Of a stretch of 64,000 bases of DNA, positions 25,765 through 38,328 are shown piece after piece (positions within the stretch are counted from its first letter, which is position 1; each line of letters opens with the position of its first letter). Origin of the DNA: Mobula birostris (lineage: Eukaryota). The stretch covers positions 16,244,001 through 16,308,000 of the forward strand of contig NC_092400.1 of NCBI RefSeq assembly GCF_030028105.1, given 5' to 3'. Position numbers and translations under genes: made by a program. The notes below the pieces were generated by a model. That model had not been told where the DNA came from. It saw nothing but the letters and a program-made list of their open reading frames with translations, and made no database searches.

Positions 25765-25995
25765 CATAGAAAACCTACAGCACAATACAGGCCCTTCGGC
25801 CCACAAAGCTATGCTAAATATGTCCTTACCCTAGAGCTACCTAGGCTTACTCATAGCCCTCTATTTTTCTGAGCTCCATGTATCCATCCAGGAGTCTCTT
25901 AAAAGACCCTATTGTTTCTGCCTCCACCACCGCCGCCGGCAGCCCATCCCACGCACTCACCACTCTGTGTAAAAACTTACCCCTGACATCTCCTC
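25765..25995 (-). mobile_element. CR1 LINE 3' end
   Basis: gaaacatagaaaacctacagcacaatacaggcccttcggcccac... Confidence 0.8.
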
Positions 25996-26774
25996 CTTAC
26001 ACTTGGTTCTAGCCACTTTACCTACAATTAATCCCAAAATGCGGCTTCACATATGAAGGACACCAGTTAGGAGAGGAGAAATATACTTCAATAAATAAAG
26101 CAACAAAAAAAAACAAAAGCACAAAAGCAAAATACCGTGGATGCAGGAAATCAGAAATAAAAACAGGAAATGTTGGAAATAATTAACAAATTAGTCAGCA
26201 TCTGCGGAGAGGAGAATGAAGTTATCAATCTAAAATATTAACCACTCTTTCACCGACGCTGCCTGAGTTTTCTCACTAAAAGCTTGCAAAGCATATATGA
26301 GATGATACTTTGTAACATTTACACGTGTTGAAAATTGTGGAGGAAAACCAACTCTCAATCATCTTGGCTCTTTAAATTACTGAACCTATCTAGCGAACAG
26401 TGACTCATCTTAAAAGGTGGCTTGGTTTTTCCAGATTTAGTGCAGACCCGCTCCACTCACAGCTTGATCTTCCGTAACAAGATGTGATTCAGAACCTGAC
26501 GAGGAGCACAAAGTAAGGTATATATTTAGAATCTTGACTGAGTTGGGACACACAGCCGTCTCACAGCTTCGGGGACTCAAGGTTGATTCTGACCTTGGTG
26601 CACATCATTTTCCAGGACCACAGGTGCTATGGTTTCTTCCACCAACATCCGACATCCCTGAAAAGAATTCATAAGTTGAGATGAGATTATGAAGACACTC
26701 AGTCCTCACTTATTGTCATTTAGAAATGCATGCATTAAAAAATGATACAATGTTCCTCCAGAATGATATTACAG

Positions 26775-28040
26775 TTGAAGTATTACAGCAAAGAATCAGT
26801 CCATTTGGCCCACTGTGTATATGCAGGCCATTACGTCTGTGTATACTAATCCCCTTGCCTGCATTAGTTCCACATCTCTCTCTGCCCTGCTCATCGAGTA
26901 CCTAGCAAGAAGCCTCTAAATGCTGTTACTGTCCCATCACCTCTTTTGCCAGCTACTCCTCAGGTCCCCTCTAAACCTCTTCCCTTTCACTTTTAATGCA
27001 TGCCCTTTCATTTCAGACTCCCCTACCATGGGAAACAGATGGTAACCATTTACCATATCAATGCCTCACTTAATTTTATATACCTCAATCGTGTCACCTC
27101 TCCTAATAACTCAGGTCTTCTAATCCAACCAAGATGCTTGTGAATCTTTTCAGCACCCTCTCTAGGGAGGTGACCAGAACAGCAGACAAGTGTGGACCTA
27201 ACATAACGTATACTCAGTGCTTCAGCCAACGGCCTACATGCCACACACCTCCTTCACCACCCTGTCAACCTGTGGTCCAGTTCTCAAAGAACTATGTGCT
27301 TGTCCCACACACAAAATGCTGGAGGAACTCAGCAGGCCAGGCAGTGTCTATCGAAATGAACAAACAGTCAACGTTTCAGGCTGAGGACTTCCTTTAGGAG
27401 TCCTGAAGAAGGTCTTGGCCTGGAACATCAACTGTTTATTTGTTTCCATAGATACTGCCTGAGCTGCTGAGTTCCTCCAGCATTTTCTGTGTGTTGCTTT
27501 GGATTTCCAGAATCTGCAGAAGTTATGGTGTTTAGGTACTTGTACACCTAGCTTTCTCTGTTCAACTACACTCCTAAGCCCTGCCATTCACTGTGTATGT
27601 CTTGCTCTGTTTTAAATAGCTAAAACTCCACTTAGCATTTGTTTGAATTAGCTTCTACCTTTCCTAGTTATGTAACCTTAGACAATTCATTTCACTATCT
27701 ACTACACAACCAGGATTAGACTTACTAATCATGCCAACTATATTCTCAAGGTAGGAAGGGCCGAAAGGCCTACTCCTGCACCTATTTTCTATGTTTCTAT
27801 GTTTCTATCTAACCAAGAAAGGACTCAACAGTCAATCCCTGCAGTCACACCAAGTCACCAGGTCACAGGCCTCCAATCAGAAAAACACCTCTTCACAACT
27901 TAACCTCTGCCTCATATCACCACGCCAGTCTTGTATCCAGTTCACTATTTCACCCTAGAACCCCTCTGTTCTAACCTTCCAAAGTACCCTACCATGTGGG
28001 ACCTTGTCAAAGGCTTTGCTATGGTCCATGTAGACAACGT
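26775..28040 (-). mobile_element. Decayed CR1 LINE fragment interrupted by a Penelope fold-back
   Basis: Minus-strand STLVCCSGHLPREGAEKIHK; cttgtcaaaggctttgctatggtccatgtagacaac reads V.YMD.SKAFDKV on the minus strand. Confidence 0.7.
27305..27524. mobile_element. Fold-back pair of Penelope tails joined at hammerhead stem I
   Basis: Centre ttaggagtcctgaag at about 27400; both arms carry the hammerhead region and tail. Confidence 0.85.
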
Positions 28041-28597
28041 TTGTTTCTTTAAAAGATTTACACAGACCCTGCAACTTTAACAATTTTTAAAGCTGGCATT
28101 TTAGGCGAGGCGCATGTGGCTCAAGTAATGAACAGATTCAATCCAATGTGTTTTTACGCAGAGTCTTCCATTACGGTGATAGACTGTACAGCGGGTAGCA
28201 GTGAAAGCTGTGTTTCTGAAACAAGATCAGCAGTACTGTACATGAGTGCAAATAGCTTGAATTCTTGCTGCAGACCCAAAGGCTCTCACTACAGGTCTGA
28301 ACATTTAAGGAGTAGGTTTATCTGTCAGAAGAAATGACCTATGCCAATGGTATTGAAATCCAAACTTAGAGCAGCTGGCCACATGGCACTTGCAAAGGTG
28401 GGAATTGTCTTTAGCAGGAACATACTGTGTAGTCTGTACAATACTGAAACTTCCTCAGGAGAAGCAGAAAAAATATTGTATAACATCTATATTATTCATG
28501 GAAATGGAGTGAGAATCAGTGGGATGCAGGGCTAAGGAAGCACAGGGTTTCAAAACAAATGTACAACTAAATATTGCCACTCAACCAGCCAATCTAA

Positions 28598-28738
28598 CTC
28601 AGTCCTGAAGACAGGTCTCGTCCCGAAGTGTCGGCTGTTTACTCTTTTCCATAGATACCACCTGACTTGTTGAGTTCCTCCAGTATTCTGTGTGTGTTGC
28701 TTTGGATTTCCAGCATCTGCAGACTTCCTTGCGTTTGT
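28598..28738 (+). mobile_element. Penelope-like tail with degenerate hammerhead motif
   Basis: cagtcctgaagacaggtctcgtcccgaagtgtcggctg...gatttccagcatctgcag. Confidence 0.75.
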
Positions 28739-28779
28739 ATCTATCTTACTCCTGTCTGCCTCCTTGTTGCAATCTGACA

Positions 28780-29430
28780 TTAGATTAGATTATGAGAACA
28801 CTCAGTCCTCCTTTATTGTCATTTAGAAATGCACGCATGCATTAAGAAATGATACAAAGTTTCTCCGGAGTGATATCTCAGAAAAGAGGACAAACCAAAG
28901 ACTTAACACTGACAAAACCACATAATTATAACATAAAGTTACAGCAGTGCAAAGCAATACCATAATTTGATGAAGAACAGACCATGGGCACAGTAAGAAA
29001 AAAAGTCTCAAAGTCTCGAGTTCCCGCTAGTAGGCGGCAAAAGGGAGAAACTCCCTGCCATAAACCTCCAGGCACCGTCAACTTGCCGATACCTTGGAAG
29101 CAGCCAACCATAGCCAACACTGAGTCCATCTATCCGAAAACTTCGAGCTTCCGACCAGCCTCTCCGATACAGCCTCCCGAGTGCCATCCTCTGCCGAGCG
29201 CCTTCGGCCTCTCCCCGGCTGCTGAAACACGCAAAGCTGAGGATTTCGGGACCTTCAGCTCCGGAGATTCCAGTTACCACACAGTAGCAGCGGCAGCGAA
29301 GCGGGCATTTCAGAAGTTTTCCAGATGTTCCTCCGTGCTCTCACATCTGTCTCCATCAAATCAGAATTGTGTACGGTCCCCTACTTGACAGATAACAGAC
29401 ATCATCACTGAAGTGGCCGCGCGCGCTGCC
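28780..29430 (-). mobile_element. Young non-coding Rex1-tailed element
   Basis: CpG-rich; homologous to 51309-51927 at both ends; short (ctaat)n tail. A short piece also lies at 26683-26772. Confidence 0.7.
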
Positions 29431-29431
29431 G

Positions 29432-29665
29432 ACAACGGCGAATTCATGGATGATGTTTGAGCTGTGCCTGGTCATACAGTCATGAGTGTAGAAAGAGCAG
29501 AGCAGTGGACTAAACATGTATCCTTGAGGTGTGCCTGAGTTGTCTGTCTACAACAAACTTTAAAATCTGGTCCTCTTGAGAACTCCCTTCATAACTGGAT
29601 GTTTGACTTCTTTATCGGGAGACCAAAGTCAGTTAGAAGCTGTAATAACACCTCCACCTCGCTGC
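29432..29665. mobile_element. Rex1/Babar RT fragments in both orientations
   Basis: Minus strand GTPQGYMFSPLLCSFYTHDC (29440-29545); plus strand NWMFDFFIGRPKSVR (29593-29640). Confidence 0.65.
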
Positions 29666-30239
29666 TGCTACATGGCAAGGACAAGCCAAAAGGACCAAAG
29701 CTTGACTGGGTAGAAGAGTTACTGTTTGGTCTATCACTCTGCTGGGTTCAGCACAGAAAAGTTCTGATGCAGGTATGAGCAAGGGCTTACCTTACAACCA
29801 GTAGGTGAAGGTTTACAACTGCAAACAGTCTATGAGCACTTTCTCAAGGTGAAACCATGAAGGGTCAGTATTCAGAAAGTGAAGTGCCTTTTGAAAAAGA
29901 GGTTTCCCAGTTGTCCAATGATATTGAAGTCTGAAGTGCAGACTTAGAATAGTCCTTGCCAACTAGGAGGATAGAGTGAAAGGAAACAAAAGTGAGATCA
30001 TTGCGATGAGGCAAAGAAAAGGAATTCAGACAACATGGGATGACAAGAGTGTTCATCCCAGATACAACTCATGTTGTATCCCAGATTACAGTATCCCAGA
30101 TGTCATCCCAGATTACAGATACAGCTCATGGGAGTGGGGCACTGGTGAGTCAGTAATAAATAATATTTTGTGTGATCTTGAGGAAAAAACAGCAGCCACA
30201 TCAACCAAGCAACTGCAGTCAGAGTTATAGCAGAACATA

Positions 30240-30860
30240 TAAGGACTAGGATATACTGCAAAAGCAAAGATGTAATGTTGAGGCTTTATAAGGCAATGGC
30301 GAGGCCTCACTTGGAGTATTGTGAGCAGTTTTGGGCTCCTTATCTAAGAAAGGATATGCTGACATTGGAGAGGGTTCAAAGGAGAATCACAAAACTGATT
30401 CTGGGATTGAAAGGTTTATCATATGAGGAGTGTTTGATAGCTGTGAGCCTGTACTCATTGGAATTCAGAAGAATGAGAGAAGATCTCATTGAAACCCATT
30501 GAATGTTGAAAGACCTCAATAGCGTGGATGTGGAGAGGATGTTTCCTATGGTGGGGGAGTCTAAGACCAGAGAATACAGTCTCAAAATAGAGGAATGTCC
30601 GTTTCGAATGGAGATGAGGATGAATTTCTTTAGCCAGAGATGAATGAATTCGTGGAATTCATTGCTACAGGCAGCTCTGGCAGCCAAATCTTTGGGTATA
30701 TTTAAGGCAGATAGATTCTTAATTAGGCAAGGCATGAAGGGATACGGAAGAAGGCTGTAGAATGGGGCTGAGAGGGAAATGGCCAGCCATGATGACATGG
30801 CGGAGCACACGATGGGCCAAATGGCCTAATTCTGTTCCTATATCTTACGGTCTTGTATTG
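30240..30860 (+). mobile_element. CR1 (HER1-like) LINE 3' fragment
   Basis: MLRLYKAMARPHLEYCEQFWAPYLRKDMLTLERVQRRITKLILGLKGLSYEE followed by the typical 3' UTR. Confidence 0.9.
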
Positions 30861-32256
30861 AATAAAATATATACCTACATCAGCAGAAGAAGAAACATAG
30901 ACCAACAGTGAACGGAGTCATGAAATCCCGTGTAAATCAGATCCAGAACTCATGATAAGACCAGAGATCCAAACACAGACAGGAAGCTCTGAAGTTATTG
31001 TGACAGCCAGTTAATAGACTGTGTTATGTATCTGAAATACCATTTCAAGGAGGTGAAGTATTGTGGCTCATAAGTATGTAAACTAGTAATGTTCATGTAA
31101 TGTAGTGACAACATCACATGTTACGTGTAAGTTGTTCATCTGCAAAAAAGTGCAAAAAAAGCAGCCCTTGATCAACACCAAGAGATCATTATAGATCTTA
31201 CAGGGCATGTTTACAGATCTCTTCCAAATACTCCACATTGGGAACACCCAGTATTCGGAGATTAAATTTAGAGCACAAAACCACATTTCTACTCTTTACC
31301 AGATGTTGTGTCATCCCTCATAATAATCCATAACTCCTTGTTTCAAAGGGCTAATATTTACATATTGAGATAGCTTGTGTATAATAATTAATGGCACAAT
31401 TATTTTAAGCAATTGTGGATTATTTATACATGTAGAGCTAAATAAATTAAACCATTCAAGGCTTACCACAGATGTTTACATGCTTGGCACTGAGGCCTGC
31501 TGCGTTGTGTTTAGCGTGAAATTAATTTTTATGAAGCAGTGGGTTGCTTCTCAGTAATAATAGCTCCCTAGCAGAGTTGAGAGATACGTTTGACTGGGGA
31601 AATGTTTAAAATTGCTGATGAGATGCCAGTATTTGGTTTCGTCTTTGGCTGCCACAGAGGATAAAAATGTCTTCACCTGTAGTATATATTGGCCAATTTA
31701 CCTTCCCTAAATACTAGGTGATTTGTTTCTTCTGTCACATTCCAACTGCTGCTTTCCTAGCAGGAGCGTTAGTGGGAACATTGATTGATGTGTAGACTTT
31801 TCTCGCCCCGGAATAATTCAGAGAGTTTGAATTAATTTCTGTGCTGAATGTAAAAGCAAAGGGAAGGACGGAAAAGGTTTGTTGTGCAGTGCCTGATAAC
31901 GGATCACAGCCAAACATGAATTTCAATCTGATTGAACCTCAACCCCCCCTCCCCCTTTAGATAGTAAGTAGGTTGGTGGCGGCCTAGTATATTTTGATTT
32001 GTAGAAAATCTTAGACAAGGCAACAAGAAACAAGATCCCATGCATAACACTGTCTTTTGAAATTAGAAGAAAATTCTTGACTTTTCACAAGCATGAACTT
32101 ATTAATGGAAATGCTTAATTTTATGTATGCTAAATCATAAATCATTAGAGTAATTTGACCATAGAAAGAAGCCTTCTGGCCCATTGAGTCCACACTTATT
32201 CACTATAGTTCTGTTCCCCTGTTCTGTCTACTTAGCTGATTATCATTGATTGCCTC

Positions 32257-32783
32257 AGTTAGAGCATATTCTGGAGTTATGTTATTTAGCAAATACTAAT
32301 TTCAACAGCAGCTGGACTTCAGATCTGAATATTGTAGTTTGAATTTAAAATGTAGCTCGGAATAATGGTCTTCCTGGAGCTGCACCTTAGAGTGAACTGC
32401 AGACCAGGAAATAGTCAACTGACTTGAGATGTCTGTATGTGCATGAATGCAATCAACTCCCCATTGCACGAAAACGACTTAGTGACCAGAGTAACTTACA
32501 CCCATTTTGGGTGTGTTGATAGGAAGGTCCAGGCACTTGAAAAGTTACATGTGACCCAAAAGAAGCATTGTAGGGCATGGTAACTATAGAAATTGTACTG
32601 TTAGCTTTGACCTTTAACATATAAACGGAGCTGTAATGTTGTATTGGGGAGTGTCTCTCTCTTTCGCTCTCTCTCTCCCCCCCCCCTTAAGTGACTCGGA
32701 AGGCTATCATTTCTTGTGTGACCCAAATAAAGACTTTTATATCTACCAGCTGCGTCTCTGCAGTGACTTCATTAGCAGTCACA
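32257..32783 (+). mobile_element. Solo LTR, same family as 15825-16268
   Basis: attctggagtta...gcaaatact...tgaatttaaaatg...tataaa...aataaa...agtgacttc...caca is collinear with the reverse complement of the first copy. Confidence 0.6.
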
Positions 32784-32899
32784 ATATTCTCATGGTCAAC
32801 AAATTCCCAGTCATTGCTAATAAATGTGTGAAATTTTTCTTGCTTATATCGCATTTGTATCTTTTTAAAAAATATTAAATCCCTGGTTTCCTGGATCTC

Positions 32900-33075
32900 C
32901 ACGGAAGAGATGATGCAGGTTCGATTGCAACATTTGAGAGGAGTTTGGATAAATACTTGAATAGGAGGGGTATGGTCCAGGTGAGGGTCGATGGGACGAG
33001 GCAGTGTAACAGTTTGGCAAGCATTAAATGGGCCAAAGACCTGATTCTGTGCCGTAGTGTTCTATGATTCTCTCT
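32900..33075 (+). mobile_element. CR1 LINE 3' tail
   Basis: caacatttgagaggagtttggataaatac...gggccaaagacctgattctgtgccgtagtgttctatgattc. Confidence 0.7.
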
Positions 33076-34081
33076 GCAGGTGGGAAATGATTTACTTTGC
33101 CTATGTTGTCTTTAAAACTACACCTCTATCAAATCACCTCTCAACTTTGCTCCAAGCTTCGCCAGCTCAGCCTCACTCTTTATTGCTGGTCCTTCAGCTC
33201 TGTATCTGAAACATAGAGCATAGAATGTTGAAGCACAGTACAGTTCCTTCAGCCCATGATGTTATGCTGATCTTTAATCCTACTCTAAAATCCACCTAAT
33301 CGTTCCCTCCAACAGGGATTTTTCTATCCATCCTTCCTGAAATATTGGATCGGAACTGATATTCTCGTTGTGGCCTAATTGGAGCTTCATAAAACTCAGC
33401 ACCAGATCCAGGCAAAGTTCTTCTCAGACTGAGAGATTAACAGCTGAGAATGTTCTCCTATGCACATTCTGAAAATTCCTCCCCCTCCTTTCCATTTACT
33501 CCAACATTATCCCAATCAATATTAGGACTATTAAAATGCACTCAATATCATCTACTATGCTGTGTGTCTGCTTGTAAGTTCCCTGCCGGTTGGTCCTTTA
33601 TTTCTCTTTCACTATTCGGATAGCAATATTACATCCTCTGTAGTATGATCACATCCTTTTCTTTTCAACTCCAACCAACACAATTCTGCCCTTATCCTCT
33701 CTGCCTGCTTGTGTAATGTTTTTCTTAATCAGTGCTGCCAACATATCACCATTGTAACTTCCCTTTTGCTTCTGAGCACTTGAATGTTAAGCACCTTGTT
33801 TTATGACTATGAAGAATGAGAGTATTTTGATTGGCTTTAAAAATCATATGCTGCACATAAAGCTTTGTATATTATTAACTGAACAGCAGATGGCTCCCTT
33901 CTGGTGACAAGCATATCAAAATCCCATATATTCTGTTATATTACTCATAGTTTTGCTGGACAGAATATTCTAGGGTCTGGACATAAAATCAAAAAGCTAT
34001 TGTCATGTCAACTCACATGTTTATATAGTCATAGGAATAAAGAACATGATGAGCTGTTAAAACATTGAAATTTATGCACAC

Positions 34082-34455
34082 TTCAATGTACATTTATTAT
34101 CAAAGAATGTATAAATGATACAACCTTGAGATTTATTTGCTTACAGGCAGCCCCAAAGCAAGAAATCCAAAAGAACCCAACTAAAAAAAATAAAAACCAA
34201 CACCCAACCAAAAAAAAACACAAATCAAAGCAAGCAATGACAACAGCAATCCGAACCAAATTGAGTCCTTAGATCCAAATCCCCAGAGCAGCCCCCAAAG
34301 CCCCGGTATTCAGTTCATCACATTAGCGGGTCACATTGCCACAACATTCGCAGACGTGAAGCTTGGCAGCCAGGGGCAGTCTCGCAGCCTTAGCGTCGTG
34401 GAGAGAGGAGACCCCAATCTCTCTGGCCAGCGTTTAAGTTGTCCAAACAGCAGAT
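34082..34455 (-). mobile_element. Non-coding Rex1-tailed element (truncated)
   Basis: Near-collinear with 59762-60180 (ccaaattgagtccttagatccaaatccccagagcagc). Confidence 0.75.
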
Positions 34456-35077
34456 CGCATTATTACCTCACATTTTATTCCATATCAGTAGTTTAACCTC
34501 TGACTTATTTTATATAATTCTTTATTCTTTAGAATTGTTGAATCCTGTTGATTATTGTTGTATGTCACGCCAACACACCACAGCAAATTCCTAATTTGTG
34601 TAAATATATATGGTGGATAAAATTGATCCTTCGTAAAGTTGGTGCTTGACATTGGACATCTTTGTTACATTAGAACATCTCTATCTGATTGATTTTAATG
34701 ATACTGTACATCACGTTACCAGAGTTGGAATAAAGCAGAGAGTATAGAATGGTGTCACTGGAGTACTTTCAGGCAGATGCAATTTCAATTAATGCCAAAA
34801 ATAGTGCAAATAGCTTCCTATCTGCAGAGTTGCAGCATGCATTAATTAGGAATCTAATTATTTCCTGCCCAGCCTAAAGGTAAAACATAAGTGGAAATCA
34901 AAAACTACAGATAAAGGAAACCTGAAATTAAAACAGAAAATATTGCAGATACTGAACATTTCAGAAAGCATCTGTGGAAAGAGAAACACTGTTCTATAGT
35001 TCTCTTCATGACTTGAAGATCTTCCAAGGAGTCAGTTCCTCCGTTATCTGATTGTTTGGAAATTCTGATGGATCAGT

Positions 35078-35240
35078 AACACACACAAAATGCTTGAGGA
35101 ACTCAGTAGGTTATTGGAGGGTGTCGGCCTGAGAAGTCAACTGTTTATTTTACTCCATAGATGCTGCCTGACCTGTTGAGTTCCTCCAACACTTTGTGTG
35201 TGTTGCTCTGATTTTCCAGCATCTGCAGAATCTCCCGTGA
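35078..35240. mobile_element. Fold-back pair of Penelope tails with a short left arm
   Basis: acacacacaaaatgcttgaggaactcagtaggt followed by sense gggtgtcggcctgagaagtcaactg...ccagcatctgcag. Confidence 0.75.
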
Positions 35241-35348
35241 CTCTGAAGGTTCATCATCTGACTCACTAAAACCCTGAGTTCCTTTCAACATTTACAGTAT
35301 TCCCTGTAAAAATGTGGAGCTCTTTGTTCCCCCATATTCCCTTTAAAC

Positions 35349-35428
35349 CAGGGGTTCCCAACGTAGGGTCCACGGCCCCCTCAGTTCATGGTAGAGGTCC
35401 ATGGCATATTAAAGGTTGGGAACCCCTG
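35349..35428. mobile_element. 80-bp hAT-Charlie-like MITE with 8-bp target-site duplication
   Basis: TIRs CAGGGGTTCCCAAC / GTTGGGAACCCCTG; flanks ctttaaac and ctttacac. Confidence 0.85.
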
Positions 35429-36804
35429 CTTTACACTATCAGTGTCCTGATTCCAGATTCCCCTTAAAAATAGGGAAACTCCTGACCTCATTTATACTCT
35501 CAGGAGACCTCCCACATCCCAAATCTGTACATTGGGAGCTTATTTGCTCCTAATATGCCAAGGGGTGATAGAAGCTGAAAGGAGTTGATAGGGAGGTAGG
35601 GAGAATAGATTACCAAGAAAATTACTGAAGGCTGAGATTGTTCTGTGAGCTGGCAGTGAGTTGATGGGCTGAGTGGCCACTTTCTGTTATATATTGAAAT
35701 TTTCTATTACTCCTGCTTTCTCTGCAAGCACAAAGCTAATTAGGACAATGATAAAGGGATAGTAAATGGGAATTTGAAAATTTTACTTGATGAAAGAAAC
35801 ATCCAAAGGAATAACCTTATATATTACAGCTGCCAAACTCTGCAGGCATCATCAGTGCACTAAATCGTCCTTTTTGAAATATGTTAAACTACCATACACA
35901 CTAACAAGTGTTGGAGGTGCTGGCAGATCAAAGGGTTGAAAAAGTTAAGTAATTCATTCAAATCATCCATAACCTTTGATGTTTAATACTTTGGAGCACG
36001 GTTCAAATTGTTGCGCTGAGAGATGGAAACCTTATGATTTCATACCTTTTTCCCCTCCAATTTGGTTTACCGTTTACTGTTTTCCCTTTGATCTTTGCTA
36101 GTGGCTGCGGTGTGAGTGATCTGGAGATGGTTTCACTGTTTGATGTGAAAAGTAACACAGCCTGGGTGTTCCAGGCAATACCCTTCTCAGTTCATCCCCC
36201 ATGCAAATTGCTCCAGAGCAAATTAAAGAGTAAAAATGGAGAGAGATAAGTGGGAGAGCAGCTGAATGATTTGAGAGCATTAACAAATGCTCGGCGAGCA
36301 AAGGGTGGTGTTTCAAAATGAAAATCGTGGGCTTCTCCCTGGTTAGCTTTTCTCTTTGTCTTTACTCTGGCTCAGTGCTTTGCAGTAAACCATCAGTCAC
36401 AGGTTTTCTTGTAGAATGATTGATCTAAAGTACTGGCAGCGTTATTGAATGAAAATTTAAAACGCATTATAAATGGCAGTGAGCAAACGTGTTAATTAGC
36501 AACAATAATTGAAACTCGGAATGCCAATATAAATTATATTAAAACAATGCTTCCTGCTCTTTTCATCTAGATATATTTGATTATGTCCTACGTCTTAGGG
36601 ATACTTGCATTGCTCAGGACAGTTATAGGTATGCATTAATTGCTTGTTACTTAGTGAATTATTTCATATGACAAACCCAAACATGGCAGGAGGCATGGAT
36701 AGTTATGGATTTTGTGTATAAAATTTCCTTTATTGCATGGAAAGAGAAGCCAGTTAGTACTGTGGCTTGAAAGATGTCTTACCCCATCCGTTATTTATTT
36801 ATAT

Positions 36805-37185
36805 ACACACATTCCTTCTCTCTCTCCTTTTTCTCCCTCCGTCCCTCTCACTATACCCCTTGCCCATCCTCTGGGTTTCCCCCCCTCCCCCTTTTCTTTC
36901 TCCCTGGGCCTCCTGTCCCATGATCCTCTCATATCCCTTTTGCCAATCACCTGTCCAGCTCTTGGCTCCATCCCTCCCCCTCCTGTCTTCTCCTATCATT
37001 TTGGATCTCCCCCTCCCCCTCCCACTTTCAAATCCCTTACTCACTCTTCCTTCAGTTAGTCCTGACGAAGGGTCTCAGCCCGAAACGTCGACTGTACCTC
37101 TTCCTATAGATGCTGCCTGGCCTGCTGCGTTCACCAGCAACTTTGATGTGTGTTGCTTGAATTTCCAGCATCTGCAGAATTCAAT
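36805..37185 (+). mobile_element. Young Penelope-like 3' region
   Basis: Pyrimidine-rich tract, hammerhead motif, tail tagatgctgcctggcctgctgcgttcaccagc; CpGs retained. Confidence 0.85.
37057..37094 (+). ncRNA. Minimal type-I hammerhead ribozyme motif (Penelope-associated)
   Basis: Stem I UAGUC/GACUG, core CUGACGA, extra A, stem II GGG-ucucag-CCC, GAAA, palindromic ACGU in place of stem III, GUC cleavage triplet ending at 37089. Confidence 0.75.
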
Positions 37186-37347
37186 GTTTGGCTCATTGAT
37201 ATATTGAAAGGATTGTTATTCAGAACTTGGGTCTGCATTGTTGACCTTAAATTGCCCAGGAGCAGCTATTCATCTACCTGTGCTTACCATACCCCTCCCG
37301 AGGCTTCCTCCGTCAAACCAGCTTCTAGAACAAGCCTTCTAATTGTA

Positions 37348-37875
37348 CAGTATTGTGCAGAAGTCTCAGGCACAAATATATAGCGAGGGTGCCTATGACT
37401 TTTGCACAGTATTGTCATTTTATGTATAACACTTTGCTGTTGCCTCAGAAAAAATCATGACATATGTGAATGATAATAAACCTGATTCTGATATGGGTCT
37501 ACTGTCAACTGAGAGTAGGAAAGGGGAGAAGGAAGAGAGGGAATCATGGTTGTGAAAAGGAAAAAGGGAGGCGGGAAGCACCAGAGGAACATTCTGTAAT
37601 GATCAATAAACCAATTGTTTGGAATCATTTGACCTTGCCTGGCGTCTCGGGGCTGGGTATGTCTACACCTGTGCCACCCCCTGCCCCTGGCACTCATTCT
37701 CTGCCACCAGTCCCATACTTCTCCCGTGGCGCTCCACTCTCACCATTTCCAACATCCTTTGCTCCCGCCAGATTCACTAACTTGCTCTCCACTCCACATT
37801 GGCCAATGCAGTACTATGCAAAAGTCTTAGCCACCCTAGCTATATATTTGTGCCTAATATTTTTGCACAGTACTG
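37348..37875. mobile_element. Tc1/mariner-like non-autonomous element with 67-bp self-palindromic ends
   Basis: Ends 37348-37414 and 37809-37875 are near reverse complements (CAGTACTGTGCAAAAGTCTTAGGCAC type); TA on the left flank. Confidence 0.65.
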
Positions 37876-38328
37876 TTAAGTCCTGCAGAACTGATTTGGT
37901 AGCTGTTAACGATGGACCTGGGCTGTATCAGTTGATGATCTGTTTGGATGTTTGTACATGCCTCTTATAGTTACAAACATTTAGAAACATGTAAAAACTT
38001 TCATATATTTTAGTCTATTACAGACGATTAGTTTCTTTTATTTAAATATCATTCAAACACTCTTAAACACCCAGTAGGATGCTTCAAAAAGAAACAAACA
38101 TTTAATATAATTCAATTAAACAGTAGGTTTTGCTGAAATTTATCTCTCTTCCCTTTAGCCAATCCTCTCCAGTGGAGGGAATGAGATTGCAGCTGTTCGG
38201 TGGGCAGGTCCCCCGGATAATTTTGGGAAACTGGAGCAAGTTCACATTTAGTCCCTGAACTTAGTGCTGCTGCTAAACTTCTTGATGAGTCCGGTGTCAG
38301 AACACAATCAAACTGACCCTGGCAAGAA

